From: Camelus ferus
Taxonomy: Eukaryota
Direction: 5' to 3'
NCBI RefSeq assembly: GCF_009834535.1
Contig: NC_045696.1
Span: forward strand, 112,346,001-112,410,000
DNA: 64,000 nt
This document shows, piece after piece, positions 1 through 12,454 of the stretch. A program made the translations under genes and the position numbers. The notes beneath the pieces were generated by a model. The model was not told the origin of the DNA. It made no database searches and saw only the letters and a program-made list of their open reading frames with translations. Position 1 is the first letter of the stretch; every line of letters starts with the position of its first letter.

Positions 1-129
1 CATGCCAGTTCTTTACGTCTCTTCTGTGGCTGCTCCCTGCAGCACAGCAGAGCTGACAGCGGCAACAGAGATCACTAGCCCAATATATTCACTCTCTACC
101 TCTTTACAGCAAAAGTTTACCAATCCCTC
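1..129. mobile_element. MER58A-like hAT-Charlie MITE, truncated by the window edge
   Basis: Resembles the MER58A end: tgtggctgct...gcagagctga...aacagaga...ctttacagcaaaagtttaccaatccct. Confidence 0.65.
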
Positions 130-224
130 AACTCACTGAACATCTAGATCAAGGGTAGTCAACAAATTATAATCATAAGGGTAAGCTCTAATTATACATA
201 AGACAGGGTTCCAAGTGCCTGGCA

Positions 225-352
225 TCTTTACCTCCATTCTCATTTTACCAGTAAGGAAACTGAAGATCTGAGAGGTTGAGAAACCTATTTAAGATCACAG
301 TGCCAGCAAAGGATGGGGCCAGGAATTGAACGCAGGCACTCTGACTCCAGGA
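225..352 (-). mobile_element. MIR SINE fragment
   Basis: Reverse-complement MIR core: cattttaccagtaaggaaactgaag...gagaggttgag...aagatcacag...ggaattgaac. Confidence 0.75.
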
Positions 353-3300
353 CCTCAGTGTGTCCCTTTTTTATTTAATTAGTATATCTCTTAGGCATGA
401 CCTCTGTGACAAGAAGAGTAATGGTGAATCAAGAGGACAGACAGACATCTGGACAATCTAAGCCACTACTGTCTGTTCCCTTGTCCCTCCTGTCCACTGA
501 AGCAGCCAGACTGAAAAGGATTCATCCTTTTATCAAGCTTGAAAAATGGTGAGTGCTAAACTCTACAGTTTCTTTTTCTTTTTGAAATTTGCCATGTTCA
601 ATATGACTAAATGTCTAAGCTGGAGTTCTAAGAATCACTCAAGGCTCCCAGACAAATGGCATTATGATCACTCCCTTGGCTGCATTAAGCCTCACACCCT
701 TAATTTGTTCCGTGATATATTCAATATGTTCCTAGTTTTCCATGGGGTCAGCAGGATAGACATTTTGCTGGTAAAGATTAGACATTATTCTGGAATCCCC
801 GTCTGTGGCTGTTTGTCAAAGGATCAGCAAAGCAGTTGGAAGAGGGGAACATGCAGCCACTAAACACAGAGGAACAAAGACGTGCAGTGGCTGGTAAGAC
901 AAAAATAGCTATTTTATTGTCAATATTTTGCTTTACAGGGAGCCAATAAAACAATTGAAACATATAAATTATATACTAAGATATCCCAGCCCACAAAAAA
1001 ACCTTGGGGGGGTAGCTTCCAGATCATCTTCCGCTAACAACTGAGTCCACATCATCTTATGTGTGAGGACAAAAATCACAAAAGATCTCTGTGTTTCTCT
1101 AATCATCTTATATTCCCCAATTTTATATCTGTAAAGTTAGGCACGCTATATGCCAAAGTGCTAATCACACAAGTTAAATGAAGATTGAGTGGAGTCCTGA
1201 GTCACACCACCCACCCAAATTCCTCCATTGGTTTAATTTATTGTTCATGGACCTGTGTAGCCTTGAGATGCCTGGCCATGGGCTCACATTGGCCAGAATC
1301 CACTTTCTAGCCTTATTGTTAACATTGCTCACCAGACATTTAAAATACAAGGCTGACAGTGATGTGATTCACCAATGGGAGAACTTGGTTTACCTAATGT
1401 CCCCATCAGTTAAGACAGACTCTTTAGCATCTGGCACTATGACAGATTATCTGAAGAGTGTTCGATTTGGTCAATGAAAACTGTGTTTTGTTTTGTTTTG
1501 TTTTTTCCATCTTGCTATGTCACATTGCTGCTTTTTATTTTTCAGTGTGTAATGCAGCTTTGATCTGTATTTTAATCAGGGAAATTTGTCTCTGGTTCAT
1601 GGCTGACCCCCTCCTCCTCGCTCACCACTCCCTACTCTGGGAACAGCTTTCCTTGTAATGCCTACACCTAGCCCCACCCTAGAACTTTTCCATACTGTTC
1701 TTCTCTCGCAAGGTTCCTGGAAAGAACTGCTGGTCTCTCTTCACCTAGACATTCCAAGGGAGAGGCTGCCACTCATCTGAATGATTTCCAAGGGGGTCGC
1801 AAGTGTAGATTATAAATAAGGACCAAAGACTTCAGAGCTGCTGTTATAATCCAGAAAGTCCAAATGTGGACAATGGAGGCTGGGGAGAGTGGGGACTGTA
1901 TATCCCAAGGCTTGAGTTGACATTTCTCTTGGCACCACAGATCCCCAGAAAAGCAGAAAAGCAAACAGAGGATGCACCCTTCTAAGGATGCATTCAAATC
2001 TTGCTCTATATTTGGCAGACTCCCTTCCCCAGTCAAATGGAAAAATCAAACTGGGCTACTAGTTGCTTTCCAAACAGCTTCCTTTTCCTTCTTGCCAGCT
2101 GATTCTGGCTTGCCTCATTTCTTTCCTTTGAAAACCCTCTCCATCTTCTGCTGGTTGAAATCCTAATAAGACCACTTAATTCCCAGTTCAAATAGCACTT
2201 TCTTCAAGAAGCTTCTTTTACGGATTCAGGATCTACATTGCACTGAGTCTGCATGATTTTTAAGTTCCTTGACATATTTTGCTTTGTATTAGTTCTCCAG
2301 AAACTTACATTAAGTCACCTCTGCAAGTAATCTAATCCTTGAGACTAGAAACCTTACATAAGAAGTAGTTCAACAAATTCTGCTGAATGTGCAGACTGCA
2401 GGTTGTCAGTGACAGGTGATTCCATCTGAGTAGATACATAAAGAGGAAGAAAAATCTGTTTCTACAATAAGTGTCTGTTTTGGGATGCTTGGTGGCTGGA
2501 AGGTTATGAATATCTTTTATAGAAGGTAAGCTAGTGGATTTCTCCCATTCAGAGCTGGAAGGAAAGGAAAGGAACATTTCTAGATGGATTGCTGGTCCTT
2601 AGACAGTGTAGGTTTCCCCCCTTAGTACCAGGGGAGAAGGTACCAGGCACTGTGTACGCATCACCTCAACCCTCACAACAGCCATTTAACAAAGCAGGAA
2701 ATCGAGGACCCAAAGAAGTTAAGCCATGTGCTTACAAACGTACAATTCCAAGGGCAAGGGGAGCTTTCAGCCTAGGTAGTCCAATCCCAAAGTGTGCACA
2801 GGCAGCCACCAAGTTACCTGCTTCTAGGTCTGAAGGTGGGACAGGTCTGGGTCACTCCGTTTCAGGGTCGTAATGGAGGGAAGGTAAAGCCCTAGAGAGG
2901 CTAACAAGGCCTTCTGTGGGCAGCCCTGTGCTAAGGAGGAGGGTCAGGGAGCATAGTGCCCTGGTGAGGACGGCAGCATGCCCAGGTGACCCGACTCTAA
3001 CCTGAGCTTCTGTGACAGTCACTTCTGGGAGCCTGTCCCTGGGGGCTGCCTTTTTATGGAGATGGGCTGGATTAGGTGGCCTTAGTCTAAATTGGAAGAC
3101 CCAGCCAAAGTAATTTACACAGCTTGGCTAAGTTGCATACTAGAGGAGTCTCATCAATGTTTAAAAAAAAAAAGACATACAAATGGTAAGTCTATTTGGG
3201 ATCTACACAGGAAATCCAATTCTTAGAGTGCCCAGCAACTCCCCTTCCCTCACCGTCCCTCGCGGGCAGAGAAGCTCAGTCGCTGCCTCTTTCACTTTGC

Positions 3301-4085
3301 CTCAGTCCGTCCCAGCTATGAGCTAAATTATAACATCAAAGCTGCTGCCAGGTGAGTTGAGAGAGGGTGTCTAAGCGCAGACTTCAGAATGGCAAGATGA
3401 GCAAGGAATTCTTCAGCAGGCAAGAGATGATTTACCTAATATCAGTGGATACTCCAGGCTAACTTCTACTCAGAATAAATGCCCCTCAGCTAAAAGCTCG
3501 ACTTCTCTGCCTGCCCCAGCATTCAATTCCTCTTTCAGAAACTGTCCGGAAGATTCTTATCACTGGCATGACGTTGTTTTTTAAATCATGAATATTTCAT
3601 GTTAGTATCATTATCTCTCAGGTGGTCACCCATGCAGCAAAGACCTAGACATGGAGATGGTTCTTATTTTGTCTACGAAGCATCTCCAGTTTCACAGTGG
3701 CCCCATCTTCTCCTTCATCTTGACCACAGGTTCTGAGTCAAAGCACACACCGGTCAGCCATGGACTGCCACCCGTTCGCTGACTGTCATGCTCTGCTCTT
3801 GGTCCTGCAAGCTCTCAGAGGGGCAGCATCCCCTCTTCAGAAGGCAGATATATTATTTGTCTGTTTACCTCAAATCACCTTTCCCCAAAGCAGATGATGC
3901 TGGCAAATGCCCGTGTACTTAGACATGCCATTGATGGGTTGTTAGAAAAAAAATACTGGCAGTGATTTCCTGCATTGGAAGAGAATTCCAGCGAGAGAGG
4001 GAAGGGCAGAGAAATCATAGCTTTTCCTCAGGTATTCCTGTGAAGGATACATGAGCTGGTGTTGGGCGTGGTTTATAAAGCTGTA

Positions 4086-4230
4086 GGGCAGGACTTCCCA
4101 AACTTGGGGCTGTTGTTAGAATTCAGATTCTAATCCAGTCGACCTGGAACCAGGGGCTCTGTTTTTCTCCCAAGCTCCCAGGTAAGGCTGATGCGGCTGG
4201 TCTTCAGACTGCACATGCAGTAACAGGGCT
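4086..4230. mobile_element. MER5A-like hAT-Charlie MITE
   Basis: cttcccaaactt...cagattctaatccagt...caagctcccaggtaaggctgatgcggctggtc. Confidence 0.7.
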
Positions 4231-4424
4231 AAAAGAATTCTGTACTTGGACGTCATCAGAACTATTAGCATCTCCAATGCCCAATCTTACAACCCACGTA
4301 TCCGTCACAGCTGATTTTCATGCCCCTATGCTGCCAGCAGAAGGTAAGGAAGACACTTCATATATTACAGAAGCAACTTTATTTTATAAAAATCTGGATT
4401 TGTCAAACTGATTTCATACTTCTT

Positions 4425-4996
4425 TATTTTTAAATTGACGTATAGTCAGTTTACAATTTTGTGTCAATTTCTGTTGTCCAGCATAATAGTTCAGTCATAC
4501 ATATACACACATATATTCATTTTCATGGTCTTTTTCATTATAGGTTACTACAAGCTATTGAATATAGTTCTCTGTGCTGTACACTAGAAACTTGTTGTTT
4601 ACCTATTTTCTATGTAGTAGTTAATATTTGAAAATCTTGAACTCCCAATTTATCCCTTTCCACCCTCTTCCCCCTCTGGTAACCATGAGTTTGATTTCTA
4701 TGTCTGTGAGTCTGTTTCTGGTTTGTAAATAAGTTCATTTGTGTCATTTTTTTTTTAAGATTCCATGTATGAGTGATATCATATGGTATTTTTCTTTCTC
4801 TTTCTGGCTTACTTCACTTAGAATGACAATCTCCAGATCCATCCATGTTGCTGCAAATGGCATTATTTTATTCTTTTTTTTTATGGCGGAATAGTATTCC
4901 ATTGTCTAAATATACCACAGCTGCTTTATCCAGTCATCTGTTGATGGACATTTAGGCTGTTTCCATGTCTTGGCTATTGTAAATAGTGGTGCTATG
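4425..4996 (-). mobile_element. 5'-truncated LINE-1 (ORF2 C-terminus + 3'UTR)
   Basis: Antisense L1 3' end. TSD aactgatttcatacttctt (4406-4424) / aactgattttacacttctt (4997-5015), 2 mismatches. TT/AAGAA endonuclease-type site on the minus strand. Confidence 0.93.
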
Positions 4997-5778
4997 AACT
5001 GATTTTACACTTCTTAACAAAGAACTCACTTGAGGATTCCTAGAAGTAGAAAGCTCCCCTACTAGCCAAATAAGGATTTATTTTTAAAAGTTGTACTTGA
5101 AACACAGAAGTATAGGAACCCATTCATGATTAAACGGGTAAATACCTAAATGAGGATATGGTGGAAATAAGTTAACACCACAGGGTTGAAACGAAAGCCC
5201 TTTGACTCTCCATGTGAATGGCTCAATCAGTCACGGTCCTAAGGCTTTCAGCTACTCCCAGACAACAGGCAGCAGGATTTCAATGGATGCTGTCCCTTCA
5301 AAGAGTCTCAGAAACTGGCAGATCATTCTACCTATGAGTGGCCACCTGGGAAGTAAATGGATTGGGTCAGTACAAATAGGTCAGATGCTTCTTAGAAAAC
5401 CACTAGAGATATGTTAAGCTAAAAAGAAGCCAAAGAAGCCTAGAGTTGATTTTATTTGTACCATCCTTCCACCTCTAGTAAATTAAATTCAGATACTGAG
5501 ACAATGCATATTTGTCAATGTCAGAAGTTATCCAGGGAAAGGCAAATATCTTTTGAGAACATTTATCAGTTTCCTGGTACTAAGGATTTCATCCCACAGT
5601 GTTTTTGAACCCTCTCTTAAAGAATCACATCTTATAGAGGTCATAGGATAAAAGACACATTTTTTGAGTATAGAATTATTATTAATTAGTAATTCTAATA
5701 CTAATTTAGTCAAGTTAAGGTTGAAATGAATGGTTCCTTTTTTGGCTTGTATGTGGCCTCAGTTAAAAATAGTAATCT

Positions 5779-6679
5779 AGGGAACCTTTCTACATTGTTG
5801 GTGAAAAATGTAACATGGTGTAGCCACTATGGAAAATATTACAGAGGTTCCTTAAAAAACTAAAAATAGGGCTACCATATGATCTAGCAATACCACTCCT
5901 GGTTATATATTCAGAAAAAACTTGAATTTGAAAAGACACATGCACCCCAATGTTCACAGCAGCACTATTTACAATAGCCAAGACATGGAAACAACCTAAA
6001 TGTCCATTGACAGATGACTGGATAAAGAAGATTTGGTATATATATAAGTATTAATATAAATATAAATATTAATATAAATATAAATATATATATGTGCACA
6101 ATGAAATGTTACTCAGGCATAAAGAATAAAATAATGTCATATACAGCAACATGGATAGATCTAGAGATCAAAATATTTTTCTTGTATTTATTTATTTATT
6201 TAATTGAAGTATAATCAGTTTACAATGTTGTGTCACTTTCTGGTGTATGACATAATGCTTCAGTCATCTATGTACATACATATATTCCTTTTCATATTCT
6301 TTTTCATTATAGGTTACTACAAGATATTGAATATAGTTCTCTGTGCTATACAGTAGAAACCTATTGTTTATCTATTACATATATATTAGTTAGTATCTGC
6401 AAATCTCAAATTCCCAATTTATCCCTTCCTACTCTCTTTCTCCTCTGGTAACCATAAGTTTGTTTTTTATGTCTGTGAGTCTGTTTCTGTTTTGTAAATA
6501 AATTCACTTGTGCCTTTTTTTTTTTTTTAGATTTCACATACATGTGATGTCATATGGTATTTTTCTTTCTTTTTCTGGTTTACTTAGAATGACAATCTCC
6601 AGGTCCATCCATGTTGCTGCAGATGGCATCATTTTATTCTTTTTTATGGCTAAGTAGTATTATATATATATATGTATGT

Positions 6680-6723
<44 letters not shown>

Positions 6724-7136
6724 CACAACTTCTTTATTCAGTCACAGAGATCATCATATTAAGTGAAGTAAGTCAGACAGAGACAAATATATGTTATCAC
6801 TTATATGAAGAATCTCAAAAATCTCAAAAAATGAACTTATTTACAAAACTCACAGACATTGAAAACAAATTTATAGTTACCAAAAGGGAAAGGCAGGGGA
6901 GGGATAAATTGGGAGTTTGAGATTAACATATACACACTACTATATATAAAATAGATAAATAACAAGGATCTACTGTACAGCACAGTGAATTATATTCAAT
7001 GCCTTGTAACAATCTATAATGGAAAAGAATCTGAAAAAAGAACATACATATACACACACACACACACATGTAACTGAATCAGTTGCCTGTACACCAGGAA
7101 CTAACACAACCTTGTAAGTGAACTATATTTCAATAA
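5779..7136 (+). mobile_element. 5'-truncated LINE-1 3' end, interrupted by a nested antisense L1
   Basis: ORF2 C-terminal sequence (gggaacc...ccactatggaaaa...gacacatgcaccccaatgttc), 3'UTR, AATAAA and A-tail. TSD aaaaatagtaatct (5765-5778) / aaaaataggaatct (7137-7150). Confidence 0.93.
6178..6745 (-). mobile_element. Nested antisense LINE-1 3' end with an internal (TA)n(CA)n microsatellite
   Basis: TSD agagatcaaaatatt (6163-6177) / agagatcatcatatt (6746-6760). The host L1 resumes in register after it. Confidence 0.9.
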
Positions 7137-9983
7137 AAAAATAGGAATCTGTGCAGAGACATTACCTGTTTAGACAGTTTTTCAACAGATAATTGATAAT
7201 AATTATACTAATACAAAATGATCTTTGAACATCCATCTCGATTTTCTTTTCTTAGAAACTAATAACACTGGTTTTCAATGTCCCCTCAGGTGCCAATCTA
7301 TCAAGAATGAAGATTCACACTGCTAATTAGAACGCTGGGCTTCAAGTTGAAATAGAAAGAGTAGGATGTAGTGCACATTGAACATTTATCCATTTTACAT
7401 TATCCTATGCACTTTGGTACAACAAGCCACAGAAGGGACTGAGTGAGTGGCCCTATTTGAACCAATGATCAATCTAGAAACTAGAAGAATTTTCTTTCTC
7501 TCTTTTTTCTTTTTTTTTTTATTAAGTCTCAATTACTGTGCTGCTTTTAAAAAGATGTATCATAGCCTGGGGGCAAGATACAGGCAGCTAACTTTTAGTA
7601 ATTTCTTCACGAATGCATCTGCTTTCATCTTTGCACAGCCGTAATTTGAGCCTTCCCCAACAGTCTCCAATCACCTCCTGATGCTTGGCCCTGCCAGACG
7701 CTGGGGAACTGCCTGAAAGGCAGACTCATAGCTCCCTGAAGACTGGAATTCCCTCTAACCCTAACGTGTATCATCTGAAGTCAAAACAAAGCCTTCTTGA
7801 CTTGCTCTGCCAGTCTTTTATCTCTTTAGTTGCTTGACCGTGCCTCTCCTGAATGAGATCTCAAATTTGATCTTAAGTGAAAAGGATGTTTTCAGTATCT
7901 TTACTCCTATGTGGACAATGGCTATTTCAGGGAGTTCTAGTCTCTCAAAAGCAGAAGTTTCTTTTAAATTCAACTAGCCCATGCCTTTGGGTCTTACAAA
8001 ATGGTTCTGCCTCTCAGTCATGGCTGAGGGCTGAAAAGACAGAGGTAATTGGGGATTAGAAGAGATGACTCTTTGGCCAACATTCTTTAAAAAATGCCAC
8101 TGGGACCTGAACACGAGTATATGGCATCTTGTTACCCAGTCATTTAAATGGCAATAAACAAAGGTGCAGCTAAGAGGCACTCACAGGTCTGGTAAACTTT
8201 CTCTAAGGTATTAATTTCTGCTGTAAATACAGAATCACCATAAAACTCAACAAGAATGTGTTTACAATTTATAAATCTTCAAATTTCAACATCCACTTAG
8301 AAAATAAGAAAATTTTCTGCTGAAACTAAAACTTCGTTGTTTTTTTCATATCTGACCAAACTGATTTCACTGTTTTTTTTTTCTGTAAGTCACTGCAAAT
8401 TATTGATAAACAAAACCAAAACCCAAGCCCCAATGTATCTATGACTCAATGTTCCTGAATTTCAACATTACCAAGTTTTTTAAAGGTATGGAGAAGGGGA
8501 GAGAAACCATATTCTTTATTGAAATTTCACTTCACTGTTGAAACAGAAAACATATCTTAAAATATCAAACTATATCTTATGCAAGAAATGAGAAATTATA
8601 AGCATTCGAGCTACATTCAAAATTTCTTTAATTTTAAGTTTTTAAAGCTTGTTTTCTTTGGCTGAATAAGCCCATTCTTTTAAATACTATTCAGTCACAG
8701 TGAAAAATTCTTTTACATAGTAGAAATATTTAGTGTCCAGAGAAAATAATAGGGCTTTTGATCTAATAAAGGCCTGAGACGAATGTACCTTCATCTGAAA
8801 GCACTGTTTGAGCACCTCAGTGATTAGAGTTTGACATCCATCCGCTGTTCCTTGTTCAACACTTTTTTCTTTTTCAACAATTTAAGTGCAATGAAATTGC
8901 TGGCTCTTTTGTGCTCAACAAATCAGCTTAGTATTCAATATATTCAATACCAACCTAACCCACCCACCTCCCTACTTCTGCGGTGAACTATCTGCTAAGG
9001 ACACCACCCGTCGCTCCCCCAGTATTCCCTGAACCTAAGTTCTAAGCCTAAGCAGATTCTTCTAAGGCCCCCTCTCTTCATCCCAAATGCTCCCCATCCT
9101 TCAGTACTGAAACCCAATGGCACCACCTCCATTAAACCATCGTCTCTTCCCAGTCCTGCCCACTGCCCATTATATGTATTATTACTTGGGGGTGTGAGGT
9201 GTATACTTTATTCAGCTTTGTGCTGGTTCTTCTATTGTGGCTTCCTATGGCCATTTCCATTGTTGCCATTTAATTAGTCATGCATTACATTTTCCTGAAG
9301 TAATCTAATAATCTAGAAATCTAGCTATTTATGAAACAAACTGATCCAACATGCTCTATGCATTATGTTAACCAATATGTAAAACAGATGCCCTAATTAA
9401 TAAGGTGAAACACCAAGCAAAGTCTTCACAATAAGCCAAACACCCACGCAAAGGGGGACCACATATGAATTTTTATACAACCATCTCATAATTGAAAACT
9501 AAGGACATTTCCTTTCTCCCTCCCTCTTTTCTTTTTCTTCCTTTCTTCCTTCCTTCCTTTCTCTCTTTCCTGAGTAAAGACAGCAGCTTATCCACATGTC
9601 CTGGCTCTAACCTTTAGTAAGTATTAATTATGCAGTTCAACCAGCCCCTACTACCTTCAATAGAGCCTTTTGGATAAAGTTTCTTGTCATCACATGCCTG
9701 TCATGGCATGTCATGGATTTCGTTTACTCTCCCAGCATGCTGAGGGAGTAGGGGGCCCAAAATACTTTGTATTTGGGGTTTTCAGACCGCATGTTGCTCT
9801 CAGAATATTCTAAGTGGAGTCAGAAATGAAGACTGCTGACTCCAAGAAGGTTGGTCACATAAGGAGTGGTTCCACATAAGAATGCTGTTTATCCTTCCAA
9901 ATGCCACAACTTTTCTTAAATGCTTTTTATACAACATTTAAAAGCATATACTTTTATCAAAGGAAATTTTCAAAGATAACATG

Positions 9984-10084
9984 TTTTTTCTTTTCTTTTT
10001 TTTTAAAATAGAGGTACTGGGGAATGAACCCAGGACCTTGTGTATGCTAAGCATGTGCTCTACCACTGAGCTATACCCTCCCCC
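9984..10084 (-). mobile_element. tRNA-derived SINE, camelid vic-1 type
   Basis: Minus strand reads GGGGGAGGGTATAGCTCAGTGGTAGAGCACATGCTTAGCATACACAAGGTCCTGGGTTCATTCCCCAGTACCTC followed by an A-rich tail; A and B boxes present. Confidence 0.92.
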
Positions 10085-10644
10085 TACATAAGCTTTTTCT
10101 TGATGAACTAGTGTCAGTGCTAAGATGCTCTCCAGGATACTGTGACATGCTCTGGAGTTTGCCCTAAGTCGAGCTCTTCCCCTTGGTGAATGGCCCAAGA
10201 CTGATGTAACCTTCTAATTGTTCTGTCTACTTTTTCCTATTTTATTTCATTTTTATTTGAGCTTCATACACTCCCTGTCTCCAAAAAAATGACTTAATGC
10301 AGTACTTGCTTTTAAAAAAATCTTTGCTCTCTTTTTTCTGTCATTTAGCGATATCATCGCAGTGACATCAATGTATTTCTGGCTTTCCTGGCTGTCTTAT
10401 TTTATGCATAGTTGTTTCGGTCAGAGTCCCAGTGTGGCTCAGCTTGTCCTCAAAGTGTTGACGTCACCAAGCATCATTTGTAGCCCAGGCTAACATCTGT
10501 CATTCTAGGCTTTTCCTACCTACCTCAGGTTTTTCAGCTAGTAGATGGATGTTTACTTTTCCTAAAGCTCTGATGTCTAGATAAGGGGGATTAGTTCTAC
10601 GATTTGCAAGAAAACAGAAATGACATGAAGAAGGATGCTTTATA

Positions 10645-10838
10645 ACTGTGCTGTCCAATATGGTAGTCACTAACCACTTGTATCTCTTTACATTAAAATG
10701 AATTAACATGAAAAATTAAGCCCCCCAGTTGCACTAGCTATATTTTGAGGGCTCAATAGCCGTATATAGCCTGTGACTACTATATCAGATGGCACAAAAA
10801 TCATTTACGTCATGAAAGTTTTGCTAGATAATGCTGCT
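10645..10838. mobile_element. MER3-like hAT-Charlie MITE
   Basis: ctgtgctgtccaatatggtagtcactaaccac...gttgcactagc...ctcaatagcc...gaaagttttgctagataatgctg. Confidence 0.8.
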
Positions 10839-11354
10839 TTAGAGGATCAGGGGAATCCTGATTCCAGGCCTATAAAACTTAGACTATTAATAGGAAAAAA
10901 ATGATGGCTCTGTAGGACATTTATCATGCCTGTCCCAAATTTTCACTACCCTAGTTTTAAGCCTAGAATTTAATCTTCATTTAGTATCAGTAACTTCAAA
11001 GTTTATAGGGCAAAAATCCACTTATGGGGAAAAAAAATCTGTTTAACAGCAAGGAAGTTTCAGATGTGATGGTGGTTTTGTGATTCAGACTCAGGGAGGG
11101 GCAGTAATGGTTAAGGCTGAGTTCATCCTTAGCTACACTCTGATTCTTCCATGACGAATATGATAACTGTAAAAAAAATAAAAAGCCTAAATCCAGTAAA
11201 TCAGTCAATTCTAATCCACTGTGGCACCACAGCCTTTTATTTCCCCCTGAAGTAGACTATTCTGTTATTGGGAAGTACAGAGAATCAAGCTTTCAAGGAA
11301 ATAAAATATTTTAGCTGACGAAGGGTAACCACATATACGGTCACATTATCATAC

Positions 11355-11570
11355 TAGCTAATACCTTTGAGTGATTACTCGGTGCCTGCATTTCACATGT
11401 ACTAGTTCACTTAATTCCTAAACAAATCTGTTAGGAAGGTGCTTGGATTATCCTTGAAGAACAGAGGCACAGAGAACACAACCCAGGAAGTAACGAAAGT
11501 GACAGCTCGTAAATAGCAGAGCCTGTACTGAAACCACCAGGCTGACTCTAGGTTCTGCGTCTTCACCATC
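11355..11570 (-). mobile_element. MIR SINE
   Basis: Degenerate reverse MIR (ttcacttaattcctaaacaa...gaacagaggcacagaga...gcagagcctgtactgaaacc). Confidence 0.6.
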
Positions 11571-12114
11571 TACCCACTTTGGTCTCTGAATCACTGATGA
11601 ACTTTTGCCTTTTTGACCGGTTAAAGGATTTCATAATACACAGTTGTAAAATTCTACTAAGTGTCATTGAATAATTCTTCATTGGCTCAGAAGAAAGTTC
11701 AGATGTTACCAGATCTCCTGATTTTCACTGTAAGCAACAGTTTTCAGTAAACCAAAGACTTGCACAGTGTTGGTGACCAAAGAGTTTGGTAAACAAAAAT
11801 GCGAAGCGCCTGGTTTACTCCTGTACCTTTGCACGAAGAGAGAGAGAAAAAAAAAAAAGAGTAAAAAGCAGCATTGACAGGAATTGCTGCAAGAAAGGAA
11901 TGCTCTTTTAAATAAGGGCAAAATGTCTTTTTTTTTCTTTTTTAACAAAAACAGTACTCCCCAGGAAATCTCAGTTTTTGTTTTTGTTCAGCCAGGACTG
12001 TAATATTTAATTAACTTCACAGCTGGATCAACATATTGATGACATTTTATATTCATTTTTCTTAAATGTTTCAGTAGAAATGATCTTTCCACCAGTCGCT
12101 CCCCCATTCCTCCC

Positions 12115-12118
<4 letters not shown>

Positions 12119-12150
<32 letters not shown>

Positions 12151-12193
12151 TACACACTTTTTTCAAAAGTGCTGATCAACTTTTTGTTTGGAA

Positions 12194-12226
<33 letters not shown>
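12119..12226. repeat. Microsatellites (CT)14 at 12119-12146 and (TG)16 at 12195-12226
   Basis: Read directly from the sequence. Confidence 0.97.
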
Positions 12227-12229
<3 letters not shown>

Positions 12230-12454
12230 CTTTGTCTAAAAATCTCCTAATCATATTTTCATGATGTCTTTCTTTGAATCCTTAAAAGGCTGCTGTGTAG
12301 GGAAAAAAATCCCAAAACTATGGATTATGTGTAGTTACAGAAAACAAGATCTTAAAAAATGGGTTTACGTTAAAAAAGAAAGGCTGACTTTTATAATTAG
12401 GGTGAATTTGAGTGGTAACTCAAGAGATATAATGGATTCCTGGGATTTATTCTC

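Noticed and set aside
9984..10084. tRNA gene (also at 18775, 36342 and 44388)
   Set aside because: tRNA-like A and B boxes, but mismatched stems, A-rich tails and four diverged copies indicate SINEs
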